A stretch of DNA of 64,000 nucleotides from an uncultured Brachyspira sp. (GTDB lineage Bacteria; Spirochaetota; JAAYUW01), in NCBI GenBank assembly GCA_964454835.1, contig CAYVTU010000001.1, positions 102,836 through 166,835 of the forward strand, written 5' to 3'. Numbering within the stretch: the stretch's first letter is position 1; every line of letters begins with the position of its first letter. The notes beneath the pieces are model-generated. The model searched no databases, was not told the origin of the DNA, and was given only the letters and a program-made list of their open reading frames with translations. The translations under genes were made by a program, and so were the position numbers. Positions 51,004 through 60,772 of this stretch are shown here, piece after piece.

Positions 51004-52044
51004 CTATTTTAAAACACTGCAAAAATAATCAATAAAATCATCTATGTCTTTTTGAGTTGTGTCAAAGCTGGTCATTAATCTTATTATGTTTTCTTTTTCA
51101 TCCCATATATAAAAAAAATATTTTTTTAAAAGTTTTTCTATTAGTACTTTCTCTAATTTTATAAATAGAGCATTCGCCTCAACAGGATAAACAAATTTGA
51201 TTGATTTTATTTCTTTTAATTTTGTTTCAAGTAATTTTGCCATATTATTTGCATGTTTTGCATTTATTTTCCATAAATCTTTTTCTAAATAGGCTATAAA
51301 TTGAGCTGAAAAATATCTCATTTTAGACGCAAGTTGAAGTCCAGTTTTATGCAAAAATTGAAATCCATCGGCAATTTTTTTATTGTTAAAAATAAGTAAT
51401 TCTCCTGCAAGCAATCCATTTTTTGTACCACCAATAGTAAATATATCTAAATTAGCATCAATAGTTATATCTTTTATATCACAGTCAAGTGATGCAGCAG
51501 CATTAGCAAGTCTCGCGCCATCACAGTACAAAATAAGTCCATTTTTATGACAAAATTCAGATAGTTTAATTAATTCTTCCTTTGTATACACTGTACCCAA
51601 TTCTGTTGTATTTGAAATCGATACAACTTTTGGTTGACTATGATGAATATCTCCTTTTACAGATAAAAAAGGCTTGATATCTTCAATAGTTAATTTCCCG
51701 TTTTTTGTTTTGACTGGTAAAAGTTTACATCCCGTTAGATTTTCAGGAGCAGAAGTTTCATCAACATTTATATGAGCTGTTTCAGCACAAATAACTGAAT
51801 TATAAGGTCTAACAATCTGCTTTATTGCTAATGTATTGGCACCAGTGCCATTAAAGGTTATAAATGGTACGATAGAGTTTCCTAGCTTATCTTTAATTAG
51901 TTTAAATAGGTTTTTAGTACATATATCATCCCCATAACCAATTGCATGGTTGGCATTTGCTTCTACTATTGCTTTTAAGATATTTTTATCTATAGGTGAA
52001 TTGTTATCACTGGCAAAACTTCTAAAATTATTTTTCAAGTTCAT
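51004..52044 (-). CDS. PLP-dependent threonine-aldolase / beta-eliminating-lyase family enzyme
   Basis: N-terminal FASDNNSP...AIGYGDDICT pattern resembles threonine aldolase (SDTVT...YGDD); candidate PLP-lysine in TIGGTKNG. Confidence 0.55.
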   Translation of the reverse strand: MNLKNNFRSFASDNNSPIDKNILKAIVEANANHAIGYGDDICTKNLFKLIKDKLGNSIVPFITFNGTGANTLAIKQIVRPYNSVICAETAHINVDETSAPENLTGCKLLPVKTKNGKLTIEDIKPFLSVKGDIHHSQPKVVSISNTTELGTVYTKEELIKLSEFCHKNGLILYCDGARLANAAASLDCDIKDITIDANLDIFTIGGTKNGLLAGELLIFNNKKIADGFQFLHKTGLQLASKMRYFSAQFIAYLEKDLWKINAKHANNMAKLLETKLKEIKSIKFVYPVEANALFIKLEKVLIEKLLKKYFFYIWDEKENIIRLMTSFDTTQKDIDDFIDYFCSVLK

Positions 52045-52046
52045 AG

Positions 52047-52913
52047 CTACTCCAGATATTTTATTAAGTAATCTTTAATAAATGGGTATAAAATTTCTCT
52101 ATCATATTTTTTTAATATGTTTAGCGAATCATTTGAATAATTTTTTATGAGTTTTTTTGTATCTTTAATTCCAAAATTATTTGCAAAGGAAAACGAGTTT
52201 TCTTTTTTTTCTTTTTCTAAATCAATAATATCATCAATAAGTTGAAAAGCCATACCAAATAGAAGACCTGCTTTATATAGCTGATTAAATATATCTTGTT
52301 TTTCCTTAATCAAAGCACCTGTGCTTAAACTTAAAGCAAAAAATGATGCTGTTTTTTTTTCATACATTTTAAGTAATTCTTCTTTTGAGCTTTTTTTTGA
52401 AGTTAAATAAAGGTCAAAAATCTGTCCATCTATCAACGAAAATACAGAGGAAGAGGAAAAAAAGTTGATAAAATTTAGTATTCCTACATATAAATTATAT
52501 TTTATTATTTGTTCAATATTTCTAGTAAAAATATTAAAGGAAAGAAGAGCAAGCGCATCACCTATCAAAATTGCATTTGCTTCATCAGTCTTTTTATGAA
52601 GAGAAGGTTTGCCTCTTCTAAAATCATCATTATCCAAAGAAGGTAGATCGTCGTGAATTAATGTAAAAGATTGAAATAATTCGATGCCTACTGCCAGGTT
52701 TTCTTTAATAGGTGAGGGTATTTGGAAAAGATCACAACTTCTATATGTAAAAAAACTTCTTAAAAGTTTTCCTTTAGAATCAGGGGTATAAAATAGAAAT
52801 TCATTTAATGTTTTAGAAATATTTTTTGTTAGAATTTCACTTTTTATTTCTTGATAATGATTTTCAAAAGTTTTATAAAAATTGCTATAATAATTTAATA
52901 TTATATCATCCAT
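52047..52913 (-). CDS. Polyprenyl (farnesyl/geranylgeranyl) diphosphate synthase
   Basis: First Asp-rich motif LIHDDLPSLDNDDFRRG; second FQLIDDIIDL. Confidence 0.8.
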   Translation of the reverse strand: MDDIILNYYSNFYKTFENHYQEIKSEILTKNISKTLNEFLFYTPDSKGKLLRSFFTYRSCDLFQIPSPIKENLAVGIELFQSFTLIHDDLPSLDNDDFRRGKPSLHKKTDEANAILIGDALALLSFNIFTRNIEQIIKYNLYVGILNFINFFSSSSVFSLIDGQIFDLYLTSKKSSKEELLKMYEKKTASFFALSLSTGALIKEKQDIFNQLYKAGLLFGMAFQLIDDIIDLEKEKKENSFSFANNFGIKDTKKLIKNYSNDSLNILKKYDREILYPFIKDYLIKYLE

Positions 52914-52991
52914 ACTATTTAGGCTAAATAAAATGCTTTAATATAAATAAAATAATTTTATGAAATAATAATTTGTTAAAATAAGACATCT

Positions 52992-53516
52992 TTAATAATT
53001 AGTTACTGTTTCAAATTTGCCATCAAAATCTTTATCTTGTTCTATTTTGTAAATATAGTTATCCTGAATATAGATAATTATATCTACTCTACCATCAAAG
53101 TTTGAATCAATTTCCTGTCTGACAAGTTTACCATTCTCAAAATAATAAAAATCATCGAATTTACCATCGAAATTTGTATCAAATTGTTGAAATTGTGGAA
53201 TACTTCCATATTCAGTTATTGCATACCTGTATTCAGCATCGGGGATTCCATCGTAGTTCAAATCCATTAAAACTTTCTGTTCAAAACCATTATAAAGCCA
53301 TATCCATCTATCTACTTTACCATCTCCATTTGTATCGTATTCTTTATATGTTGTCTGACCTAAAATAATATTTGATTGGAAAAACAAGGTCAAGATGATA
53401 ATTAAGGATAAAAAGATAAATTTTTTATAATAATATAGTCCTGGGATATTGATATTTTTTTTCATAGTAGAATTAAAATAATCGTTAAATAGATTAGATA
53501 GAATAAAATTAATCAT
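52992..53516 (-). CDS. Secreted protein with five EF-hand/dockerin-like DxNxDGxxD calcium-binding repeats
   Basis: Signal anchor; repeats DTNGDGKVD, DLNYDGIPD, DTNFDGKFD, DSNFDGRVD, DKDFDGKFE. Confidence 0.5.
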   Translation of the reverse strand: MINFILSNLFNDYFNSTMKKNINIPGLYYYKKFIFLSLIIILTLFFQSNIILGQTTYKEYDTNGDGKVDRWIWLYNGFEQKVLMDLNYDGIPDAEYRYAITEYGSIPQFQQFDTNFDGKFDDFYYFENGKLVRQEIDSNFDGRVDIIIYIQDNYIYKIEQDKDFDGKFETVTNY

Positions 53517-53563
53517 AAAATTATCTTCAAATTTTTATTTAATATCGGATATAAATTATTTTT

Positions 53564-53740
53564 TTAATTTATATTTTTTAAATCTTCTTTTTCTTTTAAT
53601 TTAGATAATTTATATTTTTTAATCATCTGATCGACAGCATCATTTACTGCTTCAGCTCTTGAATTGTAATACCCATTGCTAATCATCTCGTCGATTTCTT
53701 TTAATAAAATTTCAGATACTTCTATTAGTTCTTTTCCCAT
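53564..53740 (-). CDS. Ribbon-helix-helix (CopG/Arc/MetJ family) DNA-binding protein, 57 aa. Absent from the ORF track
   Basis: Hand translation: MGKELIEVSEILLKEIDEMISNGYYNSRAEAVNDAVDQMIKKYKLSKLKEKEDLKNIN. Beta-strand then helix pattern ...GYYNSRAEAVNDAV matches the RHH consensus (GYSSRSE.IREAL). Confidence 0.55.
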   Translation of the reverse strand: MGKELIEVSEILLKEIDEMISNGYYNSRAEAVNDAVDQMIKKYKLSKLKEKEDLKNIN

Positions 53741-53993
53741 TATTTTCTCCTTTCTATTTTTATTGTCGAAAAAGAGTATATGTTAATTTTTATTTAATGT
53801 CAAATTAATATTTGTTTAACCATAATGGTAAAATTTTAAATTGTAAATTATTCGAGTTTTTAACTTAATTAAAACTTCTATTGATAAAAGTAATAATTGA
53901 CAAAAGCAAATTATACTGATAATTTATTTAAGCAAGAAAACACAGAATATCATTTTATATACTTTATTTAAATAAAAGGTTGATAATAGAAAA

Positions 53994-54329
53994 GTGAATA
54001 AGAAAAAAAGCAAATATATAAATTTAATTTTTAAGAAAAAAGGCGAAATTTCGATAAAAATATCTGATGATATTGATATCGAAGAGTTTGAATATTCTAT
54101 TATTTCAATGATCGCAATAATTAGAAATAGACTTGAAAATTCTATGGATAAGATGGAAGATCTTTCTCCTTTTTTAAATATTCTGATTAAACTTTTAGAT
54201 GAGTTCGAGTTCCCAAAAAATAAAAACACAGATATTTATGAAAAAACAGATTTGACTGAAGAGCAAAAGGTTATGGCTGAGGCATTTAAAAATCATTTTG
54301 CTCTTAAATATAGTGATTTTTTTAAATAA
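53994..54329 (+). CDS. Small hypothetical protein immediately upstream of the radical SAM gene
   Basis: GTG-initiated ORF (alternative internal ATG) ending 6 bp before the radical SAM start; no Cys residues. Confidence 0.35.
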   Translation: MNKKKSKYINLIFKKKGEISIKISDDIDIEEFEYSIISMIAIIRNRLENSMDKMEDLSPFLNILIKLLDEFEFPKNKNTDIYEKTDLTEEQKVMAEAFKNHFALKYSDFFK

Positions 54330-54335
54330 ACAGAA

Positions 54336-56231
54336 TTGTTCAATTTATTTTTTACAATGATTCATAATAAATATAAAATAAAAGCTCTTTTTGTTATCCC
54401 ACCATTTTCAGATTTTTATTCAAGTGCTGATAGACTTTACCCAGCAAATGCAGCAGTTATATCAAAATTGTTAGAAAAAAATGGAATTAGAACAAATATT
54501 CTAGATTTACGTATTGGGTTAAAAAAGAAGATAGAAATTCCAGAAAATTTAACTTATCTTAAAAAATATTATTTAAAAGATTACTCAAAATTCTCATTAT
54601 TTAATCTTTATTATAATTTTGGATTTACAGAAAATAAACAGCAAATTAAAATTCTGAAAGATTACTATAAAATTTTTGGAATTCCAGATTTAATATTAAT
54701 TACATCCAATTTTACCGCATATAGGAGCCATACAATTAATATGATTAAATCTATTATTGATTCGGGTGCTAATAAGAGCTTTATATTTATTGGTGGAAAT
54801 GACGTAATAATAAATGAAAATTGGTACAAAAGTAAATTAGAAAAAGAAATTAATCAAAATAATATTGCCTCTTATAATTTAATTATTTATAATCAGGATA
54901 ACTTAAATGATTTTAATATAAGAGTTAAGGAGATAATATCAAAATTTGGGAAAAGTGAAGAAAAAATAGAAAATAATATTCAAAAAGAAAATTTTGATGA
55001 TTTACCATATTCCATAGAAGGAAAAGAAATTAATATATTAAATAGAACTATTTCTTACTATTTTATAAAGAAAATTTATTATTATGATGTAAAGAACGAA
55101 AGGATTACCTTTTCAAATCCTAAAAAATTGTACATGACTGGTTCAATAATGTTTTCAAAAGGTTGTACTTATAGATGCTCATATTGTTTTTATTCTGCTA
55201 AGAAATTTAATAAATTTAGTTATAAAAGCATTTCAAATATCTTAAAAGACCTTTTATCATTAAAAGAAGAAGGTTTTGAGGAAATTCATGTTGAAGATGA
55301 TAGTTTTACTATAGATAAAAATAGATCTATTATAATATTGAAATTATTAATCTGGTTCAATAAAAACATTTACCGTTTTTTATTTGATTATCCCAACGGT
55401 TTGAATTATCACAAAATTGATTACAAAGTTTTAAATTATTTAGAAAAAGCTAATACTACTAAATTATCAATATCGCTAGGAACATTAAATAATAATATTC
55501 TTAAAAACGAACAAAGACCATCATATATTGAAGATATATATAGTTTTATTAGTATTGCAAGTAAAACAAAAATAAAGATACAAGCATATATTATCGCCGG
55601 GTTTCCAGGACAATCTTTAAAAGAAGTTATAGATTCCTTTCTTTTTCTTTTTGAAAATAATCTAAAAATTGGCTTCTCGCCATATTATCCTGTAATTAAT
55701 TCACAGGATTTTATCAAATTTAAATTAAATAATCAAATTATAGAAAAAGGAGATGATGAAAAATATTTTGCTTCAAGCTCTCTTTTTGAATTTGAAAATT
55801 GCTTAAAAACATCAGAAAAAGCAATGCTTTTTAAAATATATAGAATATTATCTTTTTTACAAAACAGAAAAGAATACTTAGAGCTAAATAAAAGTAACAT
55901 GCTAAAATCAATTTATGAAGAATATTTAAGTTTTCTGTTAAATAATAATTTAAATATTGACCAGTTAGATTTTTATATAAATTTAAATAAATTTGAAATT
56001 TATATTAAAAAAGATTGTTTTAAATTTATTGAATCTTTTTTGTTTATTTTGTTTTTAAAAACAAAAAAAATATTTATTTTAAATCAAAAAGTTCAAAAAT
56101 TAGATATTAAAAAAAAGAATGTTAATAATAAAGAAATATATCTATGTAAATTTGTTGAATTTCCAGTAAATCAGGAAATAGAGTATTTCCATTTAAAAAT
56201 ATATAGAATTTTTTCGGATTTTATAAAATAA
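54336..56231 (+). CDS. B12-binding-domain radical SAM enzyme
   Basis: N-terminal Rossmann-like B12-binding region (KALFVIPPFSDF ... GIPDLILITS) then CX3CX2C cluster FSKGCTYRCSYCFY; no SPASM C-terminus. Confidence 0.8.
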   Translation: MFNLFFTMIHNKYKIKALFVIPPFSDFYSSADRLYPANAAVISKLLEKNGIRTNILDLRIGLKKKIEIPENLTYLKKYYLKDYSKFSLFNLYYNFGFTENKQQIKILKDYYKIFGIPDLILITSNFTAYRSHTINMIKSIIDSGANKSFIFIGGNDVIINENWYKSKLEKEINQNNIASYNLIIYNQDNLNDFNIRVKEIISKFGKSEEKIENNIQKENFDDLPYSIEGKEINILNRTISYYFIKKIYYYDVKNERITFSNPKKLYMTGSIMFSKGCTYRCSYCFYSAKKFNKFSYKSISNILKDLLSLKEEGFEEIHVEDDSFTIDKNRSIIILKLLIWFNKNIYRFLFDYPNGLNYHKIDYKVLNYLEKANTTKLSISLGTLNNNILKNEQRPSYIEDIYSFISIASKTKIKIQAYIIAGFPGQSLKEVIDSFLFLFENNLKIGFSPYYPVINSQDFIKFKLNNQIIEKGDDEKYFASSSLFEFENCLKTSEKAMLFKIYRILSFLQNRKEYLELNKSNMLKSIYEEYLSFLLNNNLNIDQLDFYINLNKFEIYIKKDCFKFIESFLFILFLKTKKIFILNQKVQKLDIKKKNVNNKEIYLCKFVEFPVNQEIEYFHLKIYRIFSDFIK

Positions 56232-56663
56232 AAAAATTTAATATTTTTTTGCTTTATCTAAATATATATTAAATGTCAAATGTTATTAAAATATGTTAAG
56301 TATCAGAAATTTTTATTTGAAACTTTACCTTTTACTTTCAATGGTTTTTAAAAAATATACTGAATTTTCATTTAAGATTAAGGTACATTTTTTTTTTTAT
56401 TAAAAATTTCCAATTTTTGAAAGGAGAAAAAAATAAAAAAAAAGTAAAATTATTTTATAAAAAGCTTTTATAGGGAAAAAGTCTGACAAACATTATAAAT
56501 AAAGGAGTTTTAAGATGTATTTTTGTTTGTAAAATCTTTTTTTATAAAAAAAAAATGTAAAAAATTGAAAAAAATATTTAAAAAATACTTGACAAACAGA
56601 TTTTATAACTTATGAAGTAACTATAGAGGTTATGAAATATAGAAAAAAAAGGAAGGAGAGATT

Positions 56664-56942
56664 ATGAACAAAGCAGAACTCATTGATGCTATTGCAAAAG
56701 ACACCAAACTAAAAAAGAAAGACATTGAAATGTTTCTTGGCTCATTCATGAAAAATGTTAAAGAAACTGTTAAGAAAGGTCAGAATGTTCAATTAATTGG
56801 TTTTGGTACTTTCTCAAGAGCTGAAAGAGCAGCTAGAGCTGGTAGAAACCCAAGAACTGGTGCTGCTATTAAAATCCCTGCTACAAAATATCCAAAATTC
56901 ACACCAGGTTCAGATTTCAAAGGAATGGTAAAAGGAAAATAA
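56664..56942 (+). CDS. hup: DNA-binding protein HU
   Basis: MNKAELIDAIA ... GFGTFSRAERAARAGRNPRTGAAIKIPA: canonical HU. Confidence 0.92.
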   Translation: MNKAELIDAIAKDTKLKKKDIEMFLGSFMKNVKETVKKGQNVQLIGFGTFSRAERAARAGRNPRTGAAIKIPATKYPKFTPGSDFKGMVKGK

Positions 56943-56966
56943 TTTTACCAAAATTTGACTTAAAGA

Positions 56967-56999
56967 AGCTGTCCATAAAAAATGGACAGCTCTTTTTTT
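56967..56999 (+). terminator. Rho-independent terminator after hup. It overlaps the lexA stop codon on the opposite strand
   Basis: AGCTGTCCAT-aaaaa-ATGGACAGCT 10-bp stem followed by TTTTTTT. Confidence 0.8.
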
Positions 57000-57612
57000 A
57001 TTCTAGATATCTTTGAACTCCGACAACTACTCCAAGACACTTAAAAGTCTCTGGACTTACTATAAGATCAGAAAACATTATGTTTTCAGGATGTAAAATT
57101 ATCATATGATGGTTATAATCATAGAAAAGTCTTTTTAGTGTTACATCTCCATCTATTAAAGCGACAACAATATCTCCATCTTTTGCCAATTCAGTTTTTT
57201 TGACTATCACATAATCTTGATCAAAAATTCCAGCTTCTTTCATCGAATCACCACGAACTATAAGGGCAAAATATTCTCCATCGGAAAATCTTCTCTTATC
57301 TATGACAATTTCTCCTTTTATATCTTCAATTGCTTCAATTGGTTTACCTGCTGCTGTGGTACCATAAATAGGTATTTTTCGTTGATTTATTTCTGATATG
57401 GCTTTATCAGTCAAAAGTAAGCATCGAGCCATTCTTTTTTCTTTAATTATATAACCTTTATTTGCCAGTCTATCTAAAAATTCATGTGCTGTTTTTAAGT
57501 TTATTGAAAAAGTTTCAGCAATCTCGGTAAGTGAAGGTGGATATTGATTTGTTTCAATATATTTTGCTATAAAATCAAGAACTTGCTTTTGTCTTTTAGT
57601 TATTTGTTCCAA
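56998..57612 (-). CDS. lexA: LexA repressor (S24 peptidase)
   Basis: N-terminal wHTH TKRQKQVLDFI; cleavage/catalytic region ALIVRGDSM (Ser) and VALIDGDVTLKRL (Lys). TTG start preceded by AAGGGGG. Confidence 0.9.
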   Translation of the reverse strand: MEQITKRQKQVLDFIAKYIETNQYPPSLTEIAETFSINLKTAHEFLDRLANKGYIIKEKRMARCLLLTDKAISEINQRKIPIYGTTAAGKPIEAIEDIKGEIVIDKRRFSDGEYFALIVRGDSMKEAGIFDQDYVIVKKTELAKDGDIVVALIDGDVTLKRLFYDYNHHMIILHPENIMFSDLIVSPETFKCLGVVVGVQRYLE

Positions 57613-60600
57613 AGTTCCCCCTTTTTAATCTTTCGAAAAAATCAGGTAAGAATAAGTTTAATTCGGTTAATAAAAAAGAATTTGATGTGTTTTGCTGAAT
57701 TTCCAGTGAAATCTCAAAAAAATTATAGTATTTTAATAGATTATAATAATTTGAATAAACATCTGGAAATAAAGTCGTTTCAATAAAGGAATTTCCATCA
57801 AAAAAAGTTGCAAATCCCATCAATTTTCCATTTTTCGTGGCAGTACTTCGATATATTATAAGCCAACCCAATTTTTTTATCTTATTGTTATCATAAATTT
57901 TTTGAGTTCTGTAATTTTCAATAATATTTATCTCGGAATCATTTAAATAGCCCGATTCCAGCATTTGTTGCAAAATCTCAAATGGATGTGTAGTAACAAA
58001 CAATCCAAAATACTTGTATCTATAATAGTATAAATTGAAGATATTTTCTGTAAAGTAAATTTTTAATTTTGTAAATTCTTTTTCTTTTAAGATTAAATTG
58101 TTTAAAGTACGGTTTTTTTCAAGAAACAAAGTTTCACATAAAATTTTTGCAAAAAATATTGATTTATAAAATTTTAAAAAATAACCAACTTCAATAAGTT
58201 TAATAATTTTATTTTTATCTAAATTTGAAAAAGCTATAAATTTGGCCATTATATATTCTTTTTCACTATTAAAACTATGAGATATAGAAATAAGTAAATC
58301 TTTTTCATTTTCACTTAAAAAAAAGAAGTTTACTAAACCAATTATTATTTTACTACCATTAAAAGTAGTTTGCTTCTGAGGATTTAATAAATCACAAATA
58401 TCTAGAGTAATCCCTTCTTGAATAGCAAGTATATTGTAGGCCAATGAAGGGTAATATCCACCGAAATTATTGAGTAAAGCGGCATAAAAATAAGGGGTAA
58501 AATGAGTTCTTATATAAGCAAGTTTTACTGACAATACAGCATAAGATGCAGAATGAGCTTTGCAAAAAGCATATCCTGCGAAAGACTCTATTTGAGACCA
58601 GATTTTTTCTAGACTTTGAGCAGAAAATTTTTGTGAAATACCTCCATTTATGAATTTTTCTTTCAATTTTATTATTTCAGATTTACTTCTACTTTTACCA
58701 CTCATGGCTTTTCTAAGTAAATCAGCTTCCGATAAAGATAATTTTCCAACTGCACTTGCAACTTTTAAAACATCCTCTTGATATATCATTATTCCAAAAG
58801 TTTCTTTTAAAACCTCTTTTAATAAAGGTATTTCATAGCTAGCTTTTTTTGAACCTGTTTTTCTTAAAATATACTCATCTTTCATACCAGAATCTGAAAC
58901 TCCCGGACGAATAACCGAGGAAGCAGCAACAAGTTCTAAAAAATTGCTTACATGCAAATCTTTCAGTAGATTTACCATTGCAGCAGATTCAATATAAAAA
59001 CAACCACGACAATCACCATTTCGAATCTTTTCCCATGTTTTTTTATCATTATTAGCAGTTTCAAAATCAATTTTAAGATTAATATTAAGAATTTTATTTA
59101 TATTTTCAATTGAATCTTGCAAGACCTGTAATGCTCGTTGAGAAAGTATATCTATCTTAATAAGACCAGATTTTTCAATATAGTTTAAATCAAAATGAGA
59201 TATTGGTACTCCCTTTGTTGCAAAAAGATATGGGGTAGAACTAAAAATATCGGGTGCTGAAAGAACTATTCCACCCGGGTGGACACCCTTTGCAAAGGGG
59301 AGATTTAATAATTTTATTGTCATACTAATAATATTTTCAGGCAATCCAAGTTCAGAAAGGATTGATAATATTTTATTTTTATCTTTTGTATAAAAAAGTG
59401 AAGGTATAAGTTTTGAATATTTTGTAATTGCTTTTGAATCCATTCCATAAAATTTGGCACTATTTCTAAATGCTCCTTTCAAATTCATTTTTAATGTTGT
59501 TGAGACCATGCAACAATTTAAGGGATATTTATTAAGTACATACAGAATAATATTATCTCTTTCTTTCCATGAAAAATCTATATCAATATCGGGAAAAGAT
59601 TGCCTTTGAGGATTTAAAAATCTTTCGAAATAAAGGTTTAAGTTTATTGGATCAACTTCTGTGATATCAAGAAGATAAGAGACTAAAGACGAGGCAGCAG
59701 AGCCTCTTCCTATATATATTATGCCATTTTTTTTTGCATAGCAGATAATTTCATATACAAATAAAAAATATTGCGAAAAGTCTTTTTTTGAAATAATATT
59801 CAATTCATATTCCAATCTTGAAATATAAGAAGGATTGTTGTCTAGTTTTTTCTTTTTTAATTTAGAAAAACAAATATTTCTTAGTAAAATATCAGCATTA
59901 TCATAAAACATTGGGAAAATGGATTTTTTTTCTTTTATTTCATTAAACATAGATGGGAATTTCTTAAGATTTTCAATTGATTGAAATATTTTAAGCCTAA
60001 TAGATTCTGGTAAAATATGATATGGATTCATAGTTTCTTTTATGAATTTGCTATCTTCTGTTAAATTATAATATTTACATATAGATGTGAATTTTTCAGT
60101 GAGTGGTTTTCTTTTTTTATAAATATTATCATTTTTAGAAGATTTTCTTTTTATTAATTCATTAAATCTACATGTGAAAAGAATATCAATAAACTCGTTA
60201 TCCAGTGGTTTCGAATAAAATATCTTAGAAAGAAAAATTGGATTTGGAAAATCGAAATTTTCAAAGAATCTAATTAATGAAGGCACAAGAAAAGGTTTAT
60301 TGGAAAAAATATCTTCAATAAGACCAAAATATAAGCTTTTTTCTGGTATTGACAGTTGTTTTAATATATTGTAAACACCTGTTGTTAAAGATATGAAGAT
60401 AATATCTTCGAGTTCATTTCTTATAGATAATCGAGAAATTGTATCATATATCTCGGTAAAAGATTTTTTATTGGTGGAGCTACTTATTATTGAATTGAAA
60501 GAGTGAAAACCCTCAGCTGATTTCAAAAAAAGTAAAAATCCTCCATTACTATAAATCTGATTTTTTAATTTTGGAGCAATATGAACTCCTACTATTGGGA

Positions 60601-60769
60601 AAATACTTTTTTGCTTTGCTAAATTGATAAATTCCCACATGCCATATATATTGTTTTTATCTGTTATAGCAGCATATTTTTGGTTAATTTCAGATATTTC
60701 ATCTATGTATTTTTCTATAGATAGATTACTTTCATAGAAAGAATATGATGTATGAACAAAAAGTTGCAT
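57596..60769 (-). CDS. DnaE-family DNA polymerase III alpha-like protein with degenerate PHP domain; probable error-prone DnaE2/ImuC
   Basis: Polymerase active site PDIDIDF. The PHP N-terminus FVHTSYSFYES has lost the His ligands of the canonical HxHxHS. 1057 aa; 17-bp overlap with lexA. Confidence 0.75.
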   Translation of the reverse strand: MQLFVHTSYSFYESNLSIEKYIDEISEINQKYAAITDKNNIYGMWEFINLAKQKSIFPIVGVHIAPKLKNQIYSNGGFLLFLKSAEGFHSFNSIISSSTNKKSFTEIYDTISRLSIRNELEDIIFISLTTGVYNILKQLSIPEKSLYFGLIEDIFSNKPFLVPSLIRFFENFDFPNPIFLSKIFYSKPLDNEFIDILFTCRFNELIKRKSSKNDNIYKKRKPLTEKFTSICKYYNLTEDSKFIKETMNPYHILPESIRLKIFQSIENLKKFPSMFNEIKEKKSIFPMFYDNADILLRNICFSKLKKKKLDNNPSYISRLEYELNIISKKDFSQYFLFVYEIICYAKKNGIIYIGRGSAASSLVSYLLDITEVDPINLNLYFERFLNPQRQSFPDIDIDFSWKERDNIILYVLNKYPLNCCMVSTTLKMNLKGAFRNSAKFYGMDSKAITKYSKLIPSLFYTKDKNKILSILSELGLPENIISMTIKLLNLPFAKGVHPGGIVLSAPDIFSSTPYLFATKGVPISHFDLNYIEKSGLIKIDILSQRALQVLQDSIENINKILNINLKIDFETANNDKKTWEKIRNGDCRGCFYIESAAMVNLLKDLHVSNFLELVAASSVIRPGVSDSGMKDEYILRKTGSKKASYEIPLLKEVLKETFGIMIYQEDVLKVASAVGKLSLSEADLLRKAMSGKSRSKSEIIKLKEKFINGGISQKFSAQSLEKIWSQIESFAGYAFCKAHSASYAVLSVKLAYIRTHFTPYFYAALLNNFGGYYPSLAYNILAIQEGITLDICDLLNPQKQTTFNGSKIIIGLVNFFFLSENEKDLLISISHSFNSEKEYIMAKFIAFSNLDKNKIIKLIEVGYFLKFYKSIFFAKILCETLFLEKNRTLNNLILKEKEFTKLKIYFTENIFNLYYYRYKYFGLFVTTHPFEILQQMLESGYLNDSEINIIENYRTQKIYDNNKIKKLGWLIIYRSTATKNGKLMGFATFFDGNSFIETTLFPDVYSNYYNLLKYYNFFEISLEIQQNTSNSFLLTELNLFLPDFFERLKRGNFGTNN

Positions 60770-60772
60770 ATA

